From NCBI RefSeq assembly GCF_963921235.1, contig NC_086097.1:156366001-156430000 (forward strand): DNA of 64,000 nucleotides, written 5' to 3'. A program made the position numbers and the translations under genes. Positions 25,476-37,471 of this stretch are shown here, in pieces. Numbering within the stretch: position 1 is the first letter of the stretch; each line of letters starts with the position of its first letter. The DNA comes from Mobula hypostoma. Lineage: Eukaryota. Below the pieces are notes generated by a model that was not told the DNA's origin, made no database searches, and worked only from the letters and a program-made list of their open reading frames with translations.

Positions 25476-26519
25476 TTATTATGTAGAAATATACATGGCT
25501 AATTTACAGCTCAGAAATGGGAAACTTTCGCAACTGCTCTCTGACTCTGTGAGAACCTCCATTTTACTGAACTTGTCTACATTTTCTTTCTCCCTCATTC
25601 ACTCATTCAAATTTACCCCTGAAAACTTTATGCTATACTGTATCTCTTAGCTCTTTTCAGTATTCACTGATGTTCACTTATATTTAGATGGTGAACTGTC
25701 GGATTCCCAATCTTAACCTTCATTCTTCTGCTTATTAATAATTTATTTAGTTTACAGAGCATGGTTGGTAACCGTGGGGCAGTTTTCCATATTTATTACA
25801 CCTAGTAATGTAGTAAAATGGCCCACACACTCTTTATAGATGCTTTGTATTTTCCTTTTCAATTTTAAATAAAAAGAGTTGATCAACTGTAAATACAGTT
25901 CATTGTTAATGACAGGTTGCTATAATTATTACTTCCTCTCTGAACGTTCAATGGAATAAAGCCAATGAATGTGCTGAAGTTGAGGGAAAAACACATGTAG
26001 CTCATTAATGTAGATGGTTACTCTGATTAGTCTCATGGTTACCATGAACCACAGCACAACCCTGACTCTACCTCAGCAATGGAACACTGCAGACCACCCC
26101 TTGCACTAGCATGGACGTCACTGACTGTGTCATTTTTGCACTAACTTCTTGTTTTTGCAGTCCTTCCCCTCTCTCTTCACTGTCTTATAATTTATGTATA
26201 AATTATCTTCTGGATGTTGTCTCGATCTAAGTGTTTGTGGTGCTGTTGCAGCCAAATCATTCATTACACTCATAACTTCACCATACTTGTGAAGATGACA
26301 ATATACTTGACTTCACTGTTTCTTGCTACTTTCAATACAAGTGGCCTACATGAATTATCATTGGAAAGGATGATAGGATCTTCAAGAAGCTTCAGAAATA
26401 TAAAAATGGGTTTGAAAATTGGTCCTCCGATGGCTTAGAAATAGTATAGGAAGAAGTGGGACTTCAGAGTCAGAATGAGAATCAAAGTCAGGTTTGTTAT
26501 TACTGACATGCATCCTGCG

Positions 26520-27005
26520 ACTACTTTACTAGGTACAGTACAGGGGTTTAATGAATCAAGTGACCACAGGAGTGGGACTCAGTGTGGTCTTTTGCTGCAG
26601 TAGTTCATCCACTTCATGGTATGACATTCGTGTGTTCAGATGCTCTTCTGCACACCACAGTTGTAATGTGTGGTTATTTGAGTAACTGTTGCCTTCCAGT
26701 CTGGCTTGAACCAATTTGGCCATTCTCCTCTGATCAATCTCATTAGCAAGACATTTTCACTGTCAGAACTGCCAGTCACCGGATTTTTTTTTTTTCGCAC
26801 CATTCTCTGTCAAGTCTAGAGAGTGTTGTATGTGAAAATCCCAGGAGATCAGCAGTTTCTGAGATATTTTAACCACCCCTTCTGACGTTCACAATTATTC
26901 CATGGTCAAAGTCACTTAGATCACATTTCTTCTCCACTCTGATGTTTGGTCTGAACAACAACTGAATCCCTTGACCGTGTCTGCATGGTTTGACTCGTTG
27001 TGTTT
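26520..27005 (-). mobile_element. Tc1-derived non-autonomous element, second copy
   Basis: Collinear with 3860-4290 (gatgctcttctgcacacc...gtcacttagatcacatttcttc...tctgaacaacaactgaa). Left end actttactaggtaca. Confidence 0.7.
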
Positions 27006-27020
27006 CTATAAGTTATAATT

Positions 27021-27049
27021 TTATATATATATATATATATACACACACA
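27021..27049. repeat. (TA)n(CA)n microsatellite
   Basis: Direct reading. Confidence 0.9.
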
Positions 27050-27605
27050 GTAGCTCACCACCATTACCATTTGCCAGCGTCACACATGGATGTTGCACCC
27101 TAGCAGTCTATACACAATCCAGCATGCAAGGCAGGTCACTATGATATAGAGAGCAAGTGACTCAAGTGACTGCCCATGCGTTGGCCACCACCCGCCGCCC
27201 TCCACGCAGCCGATGAATCCAAAGGAATGGCAGAGACTGCTTCAGTTTAGCGCCAGTGGCGATGCCAGACTTACCAGTCAGTGTTGAACACAATGTAAGT
27301 CTGCCTTAGAGACTCCAGCTCCAGATTTTTCCCTGGGTTTACTCAAAAAAACATCCTCATGAGTGGGTATAGCCAAGAAGGTAGCAGAAGTTTGTGTTCA
27401 GCATTTTTCTGCTCCTAGAGGAGCTGCCAACTGTGCATGATAAGCCCTATCTACCCAAAGCAACTGGTATTAAGGTGCCAGTGACCTGCCTTTGTCCCTT
27501 CCCCTATCAGTAGAAATCCTTCCGCTGGACTTAGTAGGTAAGCCATACTTGAAGGCCAGGAACAGGACTAGGCTGTCAGGCTACTTGTGATGCATGCACT
27601 TGGGT
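27050..27605 (-). mobile_element. Second copy of the 12207-12790 non-autonomous element
   Basis: Reverse-complement matches: catggatgttgca, gagtgggtatagcc, cttagtaggtaagcca, gccaggaacaggact. Confidence 0.7.
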
Positions 27606-27659
27606 ACCCAACCTGGGGTCAACGGCCCCTCGGTTAATGGTAGGGGTCCATGGCATGAG

Positions 27660-28240
27660 TATAACTAACTATGTATTAAATTAAGTAAATTTTACAAAAA
27701 TAGTGAGGTAGTGCTCATTGTCCATTCAGAAATCTGATTGCAGTGGGGAAGAAGCTGTTCCTACCAAATACTGAGTGTGTGTCTTCAGGCTCCTGTACTT
27801 CTCTCTGATGACAGTAACAAGAAAAAAGCTTGTCCTGGGTAACAGGGGCCCTTCATGATGGATGCCACCATCTGTGGAATCATCTTTTGATGATGTCCTT
27901 GATGCCTTGATGTTGAGGAGGCTAGTACTCATGATGGAACTTGCTGATTTTGCACTGATCTTAGCTGTTTCTGATCATGTGCAGTGGCCTCTCCACACCA
28001 GATGGTGGTACAATAAGTTAGAATGCTCTCCATGAAAAATCTATAGAAATTTTCTTGAGTCTTTGCTGATATACCAAATCTCCTTCAGCTCAGAAAAAAA
28101 AAATAGCTACTGACGTGCCTTCTTCATAATTGCATCAGTAAGTTGAAACCTGCATCAATATGTTGAACCTTCAGAGATAGATCTTCAGAGATGTTGGCAC
28201 CCAGGAACTTGAAACTGCTCCTCCTGTTCACTGCTGAATA
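27660..28240 (-). mobile_element. Rex1-like LINE 3' fragment
   Basis: YRSLKTHTQ motif, and the minus strand of 28190-28225 encodes an S-S-F-K-F-L-G-like segment. Confidence 0.75.
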
Positions 28241-29411
28241 GCGTATGAGGTCACTTTAGTTAGTTGATGGATGCCACCATTTTAGAATCTCAGTAACAAG
28301 TTTTAAGCTAGAGACTACTGTAAGATAGAGATAATAAATCCTGAGAATACAATAGAGGTTGACTGAGGACTTCTATGACTTATTATTTAAGGAAGTGATG
28401 CCCATGATGCTCTAAAGAGACAGCCACAATTTCTTAACTTCCCTGCCCTTATCAGGTGTGTGAACTTTATCCTTTTTTTATTTTTCAGCCTGATAATGGG
28501 AACCGGGGTTGGGGGTGGGACCTGCAATGCTCAATACCACTATCATTTCACTTATTTTGCCATGATTTCTCTTGTTGGTGCCTAGCTGGATTTTTGGGGT
28601 TTGACAAGATGGCTGATCTTCTATTCTTCAGTACAAGAGCACTGCTCCTATCAAATTGAAATTATTCTTTAAATGCTTCAAACAATTTCTGTGATTGTCT
28701 GGTTTCAATCAGTGTAGGTGTTAAGACAATAAAAATATATGAAACAAAGATGAGAGCCTGAAAACTACGTGAATTTTGTACTAACATGAAATAGTATACC
28801 GTTCTAGCAGCCGGTCTCTATTGTAATTTGCAGTCTTTTAGTGCTGTACTTGAAGCATTTCCAATTCAAGATTGCAGTGTTACATTGGAGATATACTCCA
28901 ACAACTCACAATTTAAATTTAAATAAGCTAACCTTGCATTTTACAGCTAAGTCTCAGCAATTAACAGCGCCATTGAGGGTGAAAGTCTCTGTGGATTTTA
29001 AGATGATTAAGTGAAGATCAATTGATTTAATTTTATAGTTTGGCAACAGTGAAACTTATTCCTCAGAGCTCATCACCAGAAAATTGAACTGTACGGTGTC
29101 AATTGTTTAGTCACAATAGGGGGCTGATAAGTTTTTCCTTTCCCAGATGCTACATTGGAAATGTTTCAATATGAATGTCATGACAGAATGGTGGACCTCT
29201 TGGGGGTGTATGTAGAAACCTCCCAAATGGAAACTTTTGATTACCCACCAACAGCTTAACCTCTTCCAACTTGTTTTAGAATAATTTGTTTGATGACCTC
29301 TGAGTCACTAGCTACATTAATGGAATATTAGGAAATTAAAAGTAATTATTGGTAATTGTTTAACCTGTCAGTTTGATAATGAGGGTAGAATAAAGTTTAT
29401 TAATTCACCTT

Positions 29412-29690
29412 CACAGTGACGTGGGTTCCATCCCGACTTCACATGCTATCTGTATTGCAGCTTTCCTGTCCTCCATTTTACCTTCCCTGGGTTTCCTCTA
29501 GGTGATCCAGTTTCATCCCATATCTTGAAGACATATAAGCCGGCACATTAATTGGCCACTCTAAATTGCTCTTAGTGTCTGGCGAGTGGTAGGATTTCTG
29601 GGTGGAAGAAGGGAGTTGAAGGGAATGTAGCAAGACTGAAACAATGGTATTATTGTAGAATGAATGGTTTTGATCAGTATGGACCCGATA
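29412..29690 (+). mobile_element. V-SINE/HE1-like SINE
   Basis: B-box-like gggttccatccc, V-core ctgggtttcctctaggtgatccagtttcatcccatatc, and ttaattggccactctaaattgc. Confidence 0.7.
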
Positions 29691-29695
29691 TTTCA

Positions 29696-30510
29696 AAGGT
29701 TCAAGGGTTCAAAAGTATATTTAATGTCAGAGAAATGTATACAGTATACATCCTGAAATTCTTTTTCTTCACAAACATCCATGAAAACAGAGGAGTGCTC
29801 CAAAGAATGAATGACAGTTAAATGTTAGAACCCCAAAGTCTCCCCCCGCTCCCCCTCACCCACACACAAGCAGCAGCAAAGCAACGATTCTCGCTCCCCC
29901 ACCAGCAAAAAAATCATCGGTGCCCCCCACTGAGCACTCAAGCATTCAGCAAAGCATCAATGAAGACACAAATTTGCAGTGCCTCAAAGACAACTCGTTC
30001 ACCTGGTATTTGACATACCACAGTCTCCTTCTCCCTAATAAGGGAAAAAGAGGTATCCCTGTTTCACAACAAAAAGGGAGTCATAACAAACAACTCGCTG
30101 ATTTACAATGTTAAAAATCTGTTGCATCACTTCTTCTGAGCTCTGTGTGCACAGAACTCGGTCTCTGGGCATACAACCAGCAGCCAGCTTGCTGCTTTCG
30201 ATCTTCCGTCTCCCACGACACACCAATTTCCTGCAGCGGCACTGATCTCGAGTCTGCCCGGCTCCAGAGCCACAAAATCCTGGAACCCTGAAGGCACACT
30301 GGTCTTCTAGACCTCGTTCTTGGCATATTGAATAGCGGCCAGTCCTGAGACCCGAAAGCGGGTCCCATTCCCACAAAAAACTGAAGTCAATGTGTAACTC
30401 CAGATCAGGGTCTTCAAAAGAACCCTGAAAGGGAAAAATGAGCTCAGTAAGATAGAAATAGAGCTGTTTCTGAAGATACAAGTAAAGGAGTCCCCATTAG
30501 GTGACATTGT
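29696..30510 (-). mobile_element. Non-autonomous element with Rex1-like termini (~810 bp)
   Basis: Minus-strand 5' end aatgtcacctaatggggactcc resembles the aagatggcgc-type start at 47034. The 3' tail is (cccttgaa)n-like. The interior is non-coding. Confidence 0.55.
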
Positions 30511-30640
30511 TCTCCTAAGTCAAGATACCTGTGACTGACTGCTGATTGTCCCTGTGAAATGGGTTTTGCAGTCGGAAGAATTTTCTGAGCAAATTGTCAT
30601 AAGTCCAAAACCATATGAAGAATAAATAAAATTAAACAAA

Positions 30641-30862
30641 TCAGATGCTCAACGCACTCAGCAGCTCAGGCAGCATCTGTTGTGGAAATAGACAATCAAC
30701 ATTTTGGACTGTTGAATGGTCCAGATAAAATCCAATTCAGTTGCGGGGTCTTGACCTGAAATGTTGACTTTCCATTCCCTTCACGTATGTTGCCTCAGCC
30801 GTTTGTTTACTCCATTATCTTGCTTGTTAGTCCAGACAATATCTGCCATTTCTTCTGTTTCC
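30641..30862. mobile_element. Degenerate miniature inverted PLE-end element
   Basis: An antisense PLE end (ctcagcagctcaggcagcatctg...atcaacatttt) is followed by a sense end (gggtcttgacctgaaatgttgact...tgttgcct). Confidence 0.55.
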
Positions 30863-31100
30863 AGAATCAGAATCAGAATAAGAATTAGTTTTATATCACT
30901 GACATATGTCACAAATTTGTTGTTTTGCAGCAGCAGTACAGTGCAAAGCAATCTCTGTAAGTTGCAAAGTAAATAAATAGTGTAAAAGATGAGTAACCAG
31001 GTAGTTTTACTGGGTTCATACATCATTCAGAAATCTGATGGTGGGGGGGAAAGAAGGTGTTCTCAAAACGTTGAGCATGTGTCTTAAGGCTTCTGTACTA
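30863..31100 (-). mobile_element. Rex1-like LINE 3' tail fragment
   Basis: (agaatc)n tail and a 3' UTR complementary to 11760-12005. Confidence 0.8.
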
Positions 31101-31519
31101 TTTGGTAAAAAAATTTAAAAAACAAGAAAGGTAAACACCAGGAGTATGGAAAAGAGAGACAAGAGGAATACAATGGAACAGAAATAATGAAGCCACCCTG
31201 GTCTGGATAATACAAAATAGGATTTATTATTATGCATCCTCTTCCATTTTAGCTCTTACTCAACATCCCCCATGCAGAATAATGCCATTACTCACCACTA
31301 TAACACTTCACCCTACAGGAAACAAACATCTAGAAATCTGAAAATAGCATCCTCAAGATTCAGCTTCATAAAATTGGTTGTTAGAGCAACAGTGATGTTG
31401 AAATAATTCTCATGTAGTGAGATGTGACAGTTATTATATTGATTGGGGTGTCGGCGTGGGTTGGGGAGTGTGGGAAGTAATGCAAGAACTTCTCCCATAA
31501 CGTACTCTGATACTCATGG

Positions 31520-32150
31520 GTATTGCTTTAATTTGAGAAATAAAATGTTTAAAGAGGACCGGAGGAAGTATGTTTGACTCAGAAGGCAGCTGCAATCTAA
31601 AATACACTTTTTGAGAAGGAGGTGGAGGTAGCTACTATCACACCATTTAAAGAGTTTCTGGGTGAGCAATTGAACTCCCAAGGCACTTTAGATTATGGGC
31701 CAGGTATTGCTAAATAGGTTTAGCATAGATAAGGGCTTGTAGGTTAACATGGGCATGGTGAACTGAAGGTCCTTTTCCTATGTTGTTGACTATGATCAGC
31801 AATCATGTGCACAAACTATATCAAGACACACCACATAAAGAATGCTTTTGACATACTGGGCATTCATAAATCTAAGTATTGCATCCAGGAGTTAGGATGT
31901 TAAGTTGAACTAGAAGATGTTGGTGAGGCTTAATTTGGAGTATTGCATGCAGTTCTGATCACCTACGTACAGAAAAGATATCAATAAGATTAAGGGACTG
32001 CAAAGAAAATTCAGAAGGAAGTTGTTGGGACTTGAAGACCTCAGTTATAGGGAAAGGTTCACTAGGTTTGGACTTTATCCCCTGGAGTGTAGGAGAATAA
32101 GGGGAGATTTGATAGGGTATATACAAGCAGGATTTTTCCACTGAGGTTAG
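31520..32150 (+). mobile_element. Old CR1 fragments (two pieces)
   Basis: 31520-31800 is an ORF2 end with 3' UTR. 31860-32125 reads LVRLNLEYCMQF*SP...LYPLECRRIRGDLI. Confidence 0.75.
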
Positions 32151-32159
32151 ATGTGGGTG

Positions 32160-32340
32160 AACATAGAACATAAAACAGTACACCACAGTACAGGCCCTTC
32201 GGCCCACAATGTTGTGCCGACCCTTAAACCCCACCTTAAATTCCTCCATATACCTGTCTAGTAGTCTCTTAAATTTCACTAGTGCATCTGCCTCCACCAC
32301 TGGCTCAGGCAGTGCATTCCACGCACCAACCACTCTCTAA
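32160..32340 (-). mobile_element. Short CR1 3' end
   Basis: RVVGAWNALPEPVVEAD...FKRLLDRYM followed by an (aacatag)n tail. Confidence 0.85.
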
Positions 32341-32664
32341 GTGGGCATACCATATAGAGAGTCTGTGTAGTTGGCAGGGAAAAGTTCATTTAAAAAGATC
32401 AAAGATGAATTTGTAGTCACTCGAATTCAAACCTGCATATTTAAGTAAATAAGATTGAACTATTACTTGCCATTACAAAACTGGATCTGCTACTCAAACC
32501 AAATTTATACAGGAATATAGTTGATCCAGCCTGGGCTTTCACATAGTTACAATGAGAATATTAATGATTGGAATTTAGAGTGCTAACTGGATCCTACTGA
32601 ATAAACATGGATTAACCACAAATTTTGATTCCATGATGTTTAAAAAAATCATAACTCAGGAAAC

Positions 32665-32920
32665 ACAGAAACGAAACTTTTGACCCAGTGAATCCATACC
32701 AACCATCATGCATCTATTTTCAGATATCCTATTCTTATTCTAAGATTCTAACACTCATATTTGGAAATTTACAGAGACCAATTAACATACTTACTGGAAG
32801 CTGAAACACCTGGAGGCCTCCATCCAATCACAGAGACAACATGTAAATTCTATATAAACAGAATTGGGGGTCAAGTTTGAGCACAGATCACAGGCATTTT
32901 ACGAGCAGTGCTCTCAACTT
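32665..32920 (-). mobile_element. Degenerate V-SINE/HE1-like SINE
   Basis: Similar to 13200-13445 and 39870-40150. Confidence 0.5.
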
Positions 32921-33991
32921 TAACACACAAAACATTGATACAAATATACTGTATATTGGAAATTGAAAAAAGTATTAGGGTATATTGGGAACTAATGTTA
33001 GCACATTAGGCAGAATCAGAAACCATGAAAAAATGACTAATAAATAATTAAATCCAAAAACAGTAATTTTGCTCTTACAGAGAAATACTGATGAAAAATC
33101 TGATTCACCTCAATAACGGAGTTTGAAAAGGTAGCATAACCAAAGCTAGGGCTGAAGATTTGCTATCACATTAATTGGAAAGTAATTTACGTAGGAGAAT
33201 TCTGATTATTCTAGATTGATTGTAGCAGATCACCATATTGGCTTTCATACCATCAGTCTGCAATGATGGCACCTTAAAACTCATCAGCGTTTTGGAATTT
33301 GATATGTTGCTCCTGGATTACTGAATGTTAAAGTGATGTAATGTAAAACTTAGTTTGCTTGGAAAAGCAATCCCTTAAGCTACTTCACCCAATGGAAGCA
33401 AAACACAAAACATTGCCCAAGGACATTTTAAATTGTTTTAAAACTGAACACAGAGCAAGCAGGTAGAAAAAAATGAAGCATTAATTATCTTTCCACACTT
33501 CTCAAAGTACCAGAAGGTATTCCTAACTTAACTTGCTTTAAACAAAAAGAAATCTTCAGCAACATAGATTGTTTTTCAAGTTTAGATTGCTCTTTTTATT
33601 TCAAAGTTTATTTTACTGTGTAAATCCTACCTTATATCTTATATTCCATGTAATTCTTGGATCAATAGTGTTAAAAAAAAGAAACTCTACACTGTTACTC
33701 TTCTGAAATAAAAGCGTATATTGCTGGATATACACTGTGATGGCAAGTCACTTCTTAGCCTGTAGATTCTTGGTTGAATGCTAAGCTTGCTTTCTGAATA
33801 CAGCTGGTGCCAATTGATAAGGTGAAACAATTATGAGTATACTTCCAACTACATGTTTTGTTTAGCTTCTGGTCATAAATGGGAGCCAGTCTTCTGTTCT
33901 TAAAGTGTACCATAAATAGCAAGCAGTAATCAGTTTGAAGTTAAAACTGAGTATCGTCTATAGAACAGCTTTGCAAACAAACTGTTTATAG

Positions 33992-36900
33992 AATCACACA
34001 GGAACTCAGCAGGCCAGCCAGTATCTATGGAAAAGAGTAAACAGTTGATGTTTCTGGACAAGACCCTTCATCCGGACTGGGGAAAATAATAGGAAGCCAG
34101 AGGATGAAGTGAGGGTAGGGGAGGAAGAAATACAGGTGATGGGTAAAACTGGGAGGGAGAAGGAGTGAAGTAAAAAGCTAGGAAGTTAATTGGTGAAAAA
34201 GATCAAGATCTGGAGAAGGGGGAATATGATAGGAGAGGACAGAATGCCATGGAAGAAAGGGAAGGGGAAGGAGCACCAGAGGGAGCTGATGGGCAGGTAA
34301 GGAGATAAAGAGAGAGATGGAAATGGTAATGGGGAATGGTGAAGATAGCTGTAAGATTCAATGTGTTTATAAAAGACATCAGTGGATAAGCTGTCTCGAG
34401 AGATAGATACAGAGAGATCAAGAAAGGGGAGGAAGATGTTGGAAATGGACCGGGTAAATTCAAGGGCAGGGTGGATGTTGAGGCAAAGTTGATAAAGTCG
34501 ATGAGTTCTGCATGGGTGCAGGAAGCACCACCAATGCAGTTGTTAATGTAGTGAGGAAAAAGACCCTATTTTCCCTTCCCCACCACTACCTTGCAATCAC
34601 GTGTCTCTGAAGTTCCACCACCAGCTCTTGGGTCCTCGGAGACTCTATCTTCCTCTCACCCCACTTTTCCTGAACACCCCAACCCTTCCCTCTCCTCTGA
34701 CACTACCAATCCCCATCCCCTCTCTGATCCCAGCTCTTAACTGTGCCAGGTCTTTAGCATTTCTTCTTCAGCTACTCAGTGGATAGAGGCTCAGGTGGCC
34801 CTGATTTGAGGCAGAACGTTCTGTCCACAGTAACGGCCTTACCTTTGTCCCCCTGCTATGATGCTGAGCTCTTCTTCCACCACCTCCATCTCCAAGCCTA
34901 CTTCTTAGACAAGGACTGTCCAGCTTGCACCAATGACCATCTCTCCCATCTTCAACACTCCTCCTCTATTTGGACACCCCACTCTGGTCTTCTGCCTGCT
35001 CTGGATCTTTTCATTGTTAGCTGCTGATGAAACATCACCCTCTTGACTTCACCCCTCCTCTCTCCAATTCCAACCTCACTCCTTCCAAATGCACTGTTCT
35101 CCACTCTCTCCACACTAATCCTACCTCACCATCAAACCCGCAGATAAGGGAGTTGCTGTAGAAGTCTGTAGGACTGATCTCTGCTTTGTTGAGGCCAGGC
35201 GACAACTGTCAGACACCTCCTCTTACTTACCCCTCAAGTAGGACCCCACCAAGGAACACTAGGCCATTAACTCCCACACAATCACTTACCTTATTACCTC
35301 CTGGGATCTCCCATACACAGCTACCAATCTCATAGTTTTCTCACCCCACACCTCCTGTTTCTACCTCCTACCCATTGTTTCTGCTTGTTCCTGCCCCACT
35401 AAATTAATATATGCACATCTCGACTCATTTTTATCCCCCTGGTTCAGTCCCTTCCTACCTACATCCGTGGTACTTCACATGCTCTTGATCTTTCGAGTAC
35501 CCTGGCCCCGATCATTTTATTTTAACAGTGGATGTCCAGTACCTATACACCTCTATTCCCCACCAGGAAGACCTCAAAGCTTTCTGGTTTTTCTGGACAC
35601 CAGACCCAACAATTCCCTTCCACCACGATTCTCCTCTGTCTGGTGGGACTCATCCTCAATGTCAAAAACTCCTCCCACTTCCTTCAAACAAAAGGTGTAG
35701 CCATGGGTACCCGTATGGGTCCCAGCTATGCCTACCTTTTTGTCAGCTATGTGGAACAGTCTATGTTCCAAACCTACCCTGGTGTCCGCCATGTACTACA
35801 CTACATCGACGACTGCATTGATGCTGCTTCCTGCACCCATGCAGATCTCATCACTTTATCAACTTTGCCATCAACTTCCACCCTGTCCTCAAATTTACCT
35901 GGACCATTTCTGACACCTGCCTCCCCTTTCTCAATCTCTCTGTCTCCATCTCTGGAGAAAGCTTATTACTGATGTCTTTTATAAACGCACTGAGTCTCAC
36001 AGCTAACAAGTCTATACCTCTTCCCAGCCTGCTTCTTGTAAATATGCCGTACTCTTCTCTCAATTTCTCCTTTTCCACCTCAACTGCTCTCAAGATGAGG
36101 CTTTTCAATCCAGAACTAAGATGTCCTTCTTCTTCAAAGAAAGGAGCTTCCCTTCTTCAACCATCAACACTGCCCTCAACCACATCTCTTCCATTTCACG
36201 CACGTCTGCTCTTACCCCATCCTCCCGCCACCAGTCCAGAGATAAGGTTCCTCTTGTCCTCACCTATCATGCCACCAGCCTCCACATCCAACACATAATT
36301 CTCCATAGCTTTGGCCATCTCCAACAGGATCCCACTACCAAGCACATCCTTCCCTCTGCCCCACTTTCTTCCTTCCCTATGCAACTCCCTTGTCCATTCG
36401 TCCCTCCCCACTGCTTTCCCTCCTGGCACTTATCCTTGCAACCGAAAGAAGTGTTTCACTTGCCCCTACACCTTCTCCCTCACTAGCATTCATGGCCCCA
36501 AACAGTCCTTCCAGGTGAAGCGACACTTTTTCTGTGAGTCTTTTGGGGTTACCTACTTTATCCAGTGTTTCTGGTACAGCCTCCTATATATCATGAGACC
36601 CAACATAGATTGGGAGAGTGCTTTGCCAAGCACCTACACTTCACCTGCCAGAGAAATGTGGGATCTCCAAGTGGCCATCCATTTTAATTCCACTTCTTAT
36701 TTCCATTCCAACATATCAGTCCGTGGCCTCCTATACTGCCGCAATGAAGCCACACTCAGGTTGGAGGAGCAACACCTTATATTCCGTTTGGGTTGCCTCC
36801 AACCTGATTGCAAGAACATTGATTTGTCGAACATCCAATAATGGCTGCCCCCACCTTCTTTTTCACCATTGCACTTTCCCATTTCCCTCTCTCACCTTAT

Positions 36901-37471
36901 CTCCCTACCTGCCCATCACCTCCTTTTGGTGCTGCTTTCCCTTCCCTTTTTTCCATGGCCTCTTCCTCTCCTATCAGATTCCCCCTCCTCCAACTCTTGA
37001 TCTTTTTCACCAATCAACTTCCTAGCTCTTTACTTCACTCCTCCTCCTCCAGGTTTCACCTATCACTTTGTGTTTCTTCCTCCTCTTCCTCCACCTTCTT
37101 ATTCTGACTTTCCACCTTTTTTTTCCAGTCCTGCCATAACTTATATTCAAAAGAGCCCTTGCCACAACTGTAACACACCTTGTTTGGCCTGGCTGGTTTC
37201 TGTTTAGATGCTGTTCATGCTCACTTTCTTCCTGACTACAACTCAGTTGGATTTCTGTCTCTAGTTTCCATTGAAACAACAATTTCAGTTGCTCTTTGGA
37301 ATATAAGTTGTGTTTCAGTTTGGACCAGGGTCTAATTTCATTGATGAAGGGTCTTGGCCTCAAATATTCACTGTTTACTCTTTTCCACAGATGCTGCCTG
37401 GCCTGCTGAGTTCCTCCAGCATTTTGTCTGTGTTGCTTGGATTTCCAGCATCTGCAGATTTTGTCCTGTTT
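33992..37471 (+). mobile_element. Penelope-like retroelement (Neptune-like), long copy with inverted 5' arm
   Basis: Sense body ~34600-37471 has RT motifs MDVQYLYTSIPH, QTKGVAMGTRMGPSYA and YIDDC, a Cys linker CNRKKCFTCPY, and a degenerate GIY-YIG. Antisense arm at 33992-34560. TSD ctgtttatag (33982-33991 and 37472-37481). Confidence 0.9.

Noticed and set aside
29412..29470. tRNA gene
   Set aside because: Only a decayed B-box-like SINE head; no cloverleaf.
31860..32340. Opposite-strand CR1 pieces as a twin-priming inversion
   Set aside because: The geometry is wrong, because the tail of the minus piece abuts the plus piece. The two pieces also differ in decay, so they are independent insertions.
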